Positions 59,221-64,000 of a DNA stretch of 64,000 nucleotides are shown here, piece after piece (the stretch's first letter is position 1; every line of letters begins with the position of its first letter). This DNA comes from Takakia lepidozioides (lineage: Eukaryota; Plantae; Bryophyta), in the NCBI GenBank assembly GCA_030704615.1, contig JAKLZA010000009.1, positions 62,001-126,000 on the forward strand. Direction: 5' to 3'. The notes beneath the pieces are model-generated. The model saw only the letters and a list, made by a program, of their open reading frames with translations. It was not told the origin of the DNA and ran no database searches. The translations under genes were made by a program, and so were the position numbers.

Positions 59221-62200
59221 ATGAAGAGAGTGAGAGGAATGGAGGAAATCAGGGTGAAGAGCACCACAATTCTGCAGAAACAAACGATTGCTACCCCACA
59301 GGCGATACAGATACTGAAGGAGCTGAGATTGCAAGGATTGCAAAGCATAGATTGGACATTGCACCATAGACAGTACATGTTACAATTCTTGCAGAACTTT
59401 GAGCCAAGGACAGGAACAACAACGGTGAAGGGAGTTGAATTAGTAATTACTCCCCTATACCTCCAGCAATTGTTTCGATTGCCAGCAGGTCAGGTGCATG
59501 TGGAGGAGCACAGGGCAAGACTGCAAATAGGGGACTTATTCCAAGAAGGGAGTTTCTTTAAAACTCAGGGTTATGCTTGTACCAAGGCCGTGTACCCAGG
59601 GCTAAAGGAGGTAGGCCAGGTATTGAACGTTCTGATTGCCATGAAACAGAACCAACAGTATTTGAGCAGATCCTTCACGGAGGAAATACTCAAAGCCCTG
59701 AAAGGACAAGAGGTAGAATGGGCGGACATAATGTACAACGCACTGGTAGAGGAGATGAAAAGATTACAAGGTACTACCGCAAAGTCTCCTATCATAGTGT
59801 CTGGCCCAATCATTGCTCAAATAATTCTTGATTCTGGCATACTTGATGCGCAAGAAAGAAAGGAGATGAGAGTGTTTGAGCCAGAAACCACTGCAATGGA
59901 AGAGCAAGGCTCTTCACACAGTGAGGGTGGACTAGCAGGGCAACCCGAGACTAAGAGGCAGAGACGGGGAAAGACTGTAGTGGCGGATCCACTGGCTTCA
60001 CGGATTCCGCATGATAATGTTTCCCAAGCTCATGTGCAGGAAGGGGCACAGCAGCACAGAGAACTGCTATTACTGGAAGCAGGACCTTCAGAGAGGGAAG
60101 AGGAAGTTACTTCAGTATCACAGCCATCACAGCCAGCTGATCGGCTTGTCACAAGGTTACAAGTTGTCCATGCAGCTCAACCAGAAATAATTGATTTGGA
60201 AAAAGAAGGGTTAGATATTCCAACTACAGAACAGATAGTGGCAGAAATTGAAAAGGGGACCTTCTCTATGAATATTCTGGTCTGGTCAAGGAGACAGAGA
60301 TTCCAGAGGTGCAACAGTTGCCCAAGGGAAATCCTGAGGTGCATATAATACACACACCTGTGTCGGAGGTACCACAGGTAGAATGTCAAGACACTGCAGC
60401 ACCGGTGATGGATGAAGTGGTTCAGGAAGAAAATCCGGTGGGACAATGGCCTGAGTGGTTCGTGAGACATCACATGGTTGAGGATCAGGAGGAACAGCAG
60501 CAACCTCACCATGATGACCCTCAACAGGCAATGCTGATGAGTTCCATAGGCAGGACACTTAATTTGTTGGGGACTTATGTCAAATCCCATGTTCCAACTA
60601 CCCAATTGACAGCCTTGAGAGAGGAACTCAGGAAGGAGTTTGAGGCTCGACTAGCCACTGAGTGTGCAAACAAGGTCGATGAAGAGGTCACTCTCAAGAT
60701 GCAGCAGGACTTGGAAAATACAGAAGCGGCTTTGCAATTGGCCAAGGAACAATTGATTGAGGCAGGCCTCGCGCAAGACCAGTTGCACGAAGCACATAAG
60801 CAACAGCTATACCAATCTACAAAAGAAATAAACAGTCAAGCGGAAAAATGCACAAAGGCAGAGGAAGAGAATGTTGAGCAAATGAACCTCATTGTTGATA
60901 TGAAGAATACAATCTGTCGCAATGAGGATACTTTCAAGCAATACAAGCAGATTGAAGCTGATCAAGAGAAGTACATTCTGGAGTTGCAACAAACGCTCGT
61001 GGCCAATAGAAATGAAATCTCGGTCACTAACAAGGCTTGGAAGGAAGCTAATAATCTACTTGCTGCCTATGCGAATTTGGTTGAACCTCATGCGAAGCGC
61101 ATGGAGGCTTTACAACAGCAATTAGAAGTGTACAAACTCAGAGAGGAGCACACTCTCAGAGGAACCACAAGCAACTTGGTGGATAACAGCCTTATGCAGG
61201 TCTGGTTAGCACAAGGGCCAGTGGAGGGCAAAGCACCACGAAAGCTCACCCAAAGCGAGATGAATGAGCTCAGACTGCAAGTGCAGAACATTGCCACAAC
61301 TACTATAGACAATGTCTATAGTAGGATAGCAGAGTTACAGGAGGATGTAGACGGACTGCAGACTCAAGTGGAGGACCTCACTTCAAATATCGACAAAAGA
61401 GTCTATATCCCTCAGGAACAGCTAATGGCTTCTTATTTACAAGCCAGAACTTTGGCTTTTCAGTCTTCACAGGAGGTGCAGGAGATGCCAATGATACAAG
61501 AGCCAGTACCACCAACACCACAACAAGTCACTGTACCAGTAGCTGAACCTGTTGTTACTACAACCACACCACAGCCACCACAGCCTGAGGTATGGGGCAA
61601 TGCTGCTTTTAACCCACCTAAAACTCCAGCTGCAAGGGAGTACAGTAGGGCTATGATTATGCCCTTCAACCAAATTCCCATCATGTTGGATTTGGCTTGG
61701 AAAGAATTTAGTCCTCCGCAGTCATTCGCACATTACTACCAAATCATGCGTATTTGGCTGCCAGTGGCAACTAGGACTAAAGTTCTTCCGAACAATCGAC
61801 ATATTGAGGATCATCACTTTGCACAATACTGGCATGAGGCAAGTACAATGTTGAAGGAATTAATTGCCTTCCAAGTTGTACATGGATTCATTTATACCAA
61901 GACCAAGGAGGTAGCAAGTATTGTCATGGGATGCGGGTTATACTACGCTGCTTGTTTTCTGGTACGTTATCACATTGAGCAGCACAAGATGCAAGCACGC
62001 TTTCTGAGTTATTCCAGTGGGGATCATTGGATCTTACCTTCAGTGCCACCTCATATGTACCTATATGAGGCAAAAGTTATGATGCAAAAGGATTCTCAAA
62101 TTCGTTCATGGTTTCAAGCGGCCTGGAACAATTTGTCAACACAGAAATTAAGGGACATGTGGCATGGAAATACTTGCACGGTGCACAAGTAATTGGTACC

Positions 62201-62631
62201 CCACTCACCTGGACTGACAAGGAGCTCAGTGTCTTCACCAATTTTGCTGTTCAGCGTTTACAGCAAGTTGTAAAATATAAACTTCCAGACATGATAGGAC
62301 AACATTGTATGCCCAGAGGATTCCACAAAAAGTTCGACAATTAAAACACCTGAGAGGTGATGAGGATTCTGATACAACTGTTTCTTCAGCGGATTCTTTT
62401 GACATGGGAGAAGACTATGCAATTCAGATGGCAGAGAAGAAATGACGGGGGTCTCCTATGCCTGAAAGGTTACCTCGATATCAGCCTCCAGAGGGCCTCA
62501 CTTATCCTGGTAGTGTTCAAACATCTCCGTCAACCAGTGACAGACCTCGGGCTCGTACACACAGTCCGCCACAAAACTCTCAACGTCAGAAAGGTGCTCA
62601 CTCACAAAGGTTTGCTAATCGCAATCAGTAA
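59221..62631 (+). pseudogene. Extra 3' ORF of copy 2, frameshifted, with two short deletions
   Basis: Colinear with 6162-9716. Confidence 0.85.
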
Positions 62632-62669
62632 ACCGTGAGGACACGGCTTTTTGAGAGGGGAAGGGGTAA

Positions 62670-63685
62670 TGTTAGAGGACTGTCTGGGACTTAGACACTT
62701 ATACTGGATCTGTAGGGTACCCTTAATTTTTGCACAGACTGAGACCAACAGGAGCCTTAGGGGTGACAGCAGCGCACTGTAGAGGGGGGTTACACAGTCC
62801 GTCACAGTCGTCACAGCCGACACAGCCACACAGCCAGTCATAGCCGACACAGCCAGACACAGTTAGCACAGCTCGTCACAACCCGACACAGCCATCACAG
62901 CCAACACAGCCCGTCACAGCCGACACAGCCACACAGCCAGTCACAGCCCGACACAGCCAAACACAGTCGCACAGCCAGTCACAGCCCGTCACAGTTTCAC
63001 ACAGCCAGTCACAGCTTGACACAGCTGTCACGACCAGAGGGAACGGAGAGCAGGACAGGGAAGTGACTGTGGGGAACAACACCTGCAAATGGAACATGTT
63101 AGTTCACGGACGACGGTTAGTGAGGGAAACGGTTAGAGCCACGGGTAGGAAGATAAAGGGAGAAGCAAGGACTGAGAAGGGGACAAATATATATTCTTGG
63201 AAGCACTTTAGGGGGGAGGACTTCTTGGTGATGCAGGAGAGGGGATCGGACGGAGAGTAAAGATGGAGACCACGGAGAAGGAGGAAAGATGATTAGTAGA
63301 TGCTTGTTATATGCAAAGCTGTAGTGATATTGTAGAGCAGATTAGAGACACAATGGCTTCGGCCTGATACCTGATAAATCATAATCTGATACTTATACGA
63401 TACAATCACACTGTGTAGAGAGATCTGAGTGAAGCTGTGGAATGAATGGATGAGTTGATGGAATCCGATAGATTGATGAAGCAAACTGATACTTAATTAG
63501 TAATGGTAAGGTAGCTAACATGAATGCGGAAAGGGAAACAAATAGGAAACACCCCCATGATACACTAGCTGTAGGTCATGACTGATTGTTCTGCGCGGGC
63601 TGAGTACTTAGAGATTTCCAACTCTTCTATCTTGGAGTTTCCGCCTCGGATAGCGAAGGGATAGGTGAGTAAAAGCCGCGCGACA
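62670..63685 (+). repeat. 3' LTR of copy 2
   Basis: Preceded by PPT GAGAGGGGAAGGGG; followed by the TSD. Confidence 0.96.
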
Positions 63686-63757
63686 ACATTTCCGTGGAAT
63701 GCCCAAACCGGTGACATTTGTCACACTTAGCTTGGGTTCTTCCTTCAGGACAATATG

Positions 63758-64000
63758 GAGGTTTGCTATTTCATGAGCATGAGCGGCATGAGCGGCATGA
63801 GCGGCATGAGCAGAGTAGTAACACAATCGGTTTTCATGAGCAGAAGTACAAATTTCGAAAATAAAAAACAATAAAAAACAATAAAAAACAATAATTTAAT
63901 GCAATGTGTCAGAAAAAACAAATATATTATTCGGCCCCTTGAAGGGAAAATTGCACTTTTGACAGTTGTGCTCATGATATTTTGTCTTCCGCTCATGCCA
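63758..64000. mobile_element. MULE-like terminus; element continues beyond the window
   Basis: GAGGTTTGCTATTTCATGAGC + (ATGAGCGGC)n, matching the reverse complement of the 32203 end. Confidence 0.8.

Larger units (their letters stand above)
51920..63685 (+). mobile_element. Ty3/Gypsy copy 2 with both LTRs and TSD ACATT; internal deletions in gag and the extra ORF
   Basis: LTRs 51920-52914 and 62670-63685; ACATT at 51915-51919 and 63686-63690; PBS; PPT. Confidence 0.97.
44271..63757 (-). mobile_element. Minus-strand Ty3/Gypsy element (different family), interrupted in gag by Gypsy copy 2 and then by a MULE end
   Basis: gag-PR-RT-RH-INT ORFs 51918 to 46574; the gag knuckle continues in frame at 63691-63757. 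Confidence 0.88.

Overview
Eukaryotic, almost entirely transposon-derived DNA. GT-AG introns and plant-type LTR elements suggest a plant, possibly a non-seed lineage (inference only). There is one 500-N gap at 41138-41637. Contents: (1) Two copies of one non-chromovirus Ty3/Gypsy family (<1-10707 and 51920-63685; the second has both LTRs and TSD ACATT), each with a long extra coiled-coil ORF. (2) A minus-strand Gypsy element (44271-~63757) into whose gag the second copy is nested; it carries a duplicated, degenerate RNase H. (3) A decayed LINE, a CACTA end, a probable Harbinger end and an LTR remnant. (4) Most interesting, pieces of several large Mutator-like (MULE) DNA transposons. They share a terminus G[AG]GG[GT]NT[GA]CTATT[TC]C[AG]TGAGC and an apparent architecture: end - cargo gene(s) - array of long palindromes - GCM-like/DDE/SWIM transposase. 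One carries a 9-exon cargo gene encoding a ParB/Srx-like domain fused to a prokaryote-type beta-class N4C/N6A DNA methyltransferase fold. Its first intron holds about 22 copies of a 40-bp hairpin whose 4-bp core flips orientation between units. A second, diverged copy of the methyltransferase's last exon lies next to a similar transposon end. All domain calls are motif recognition by eye; no searches were run.
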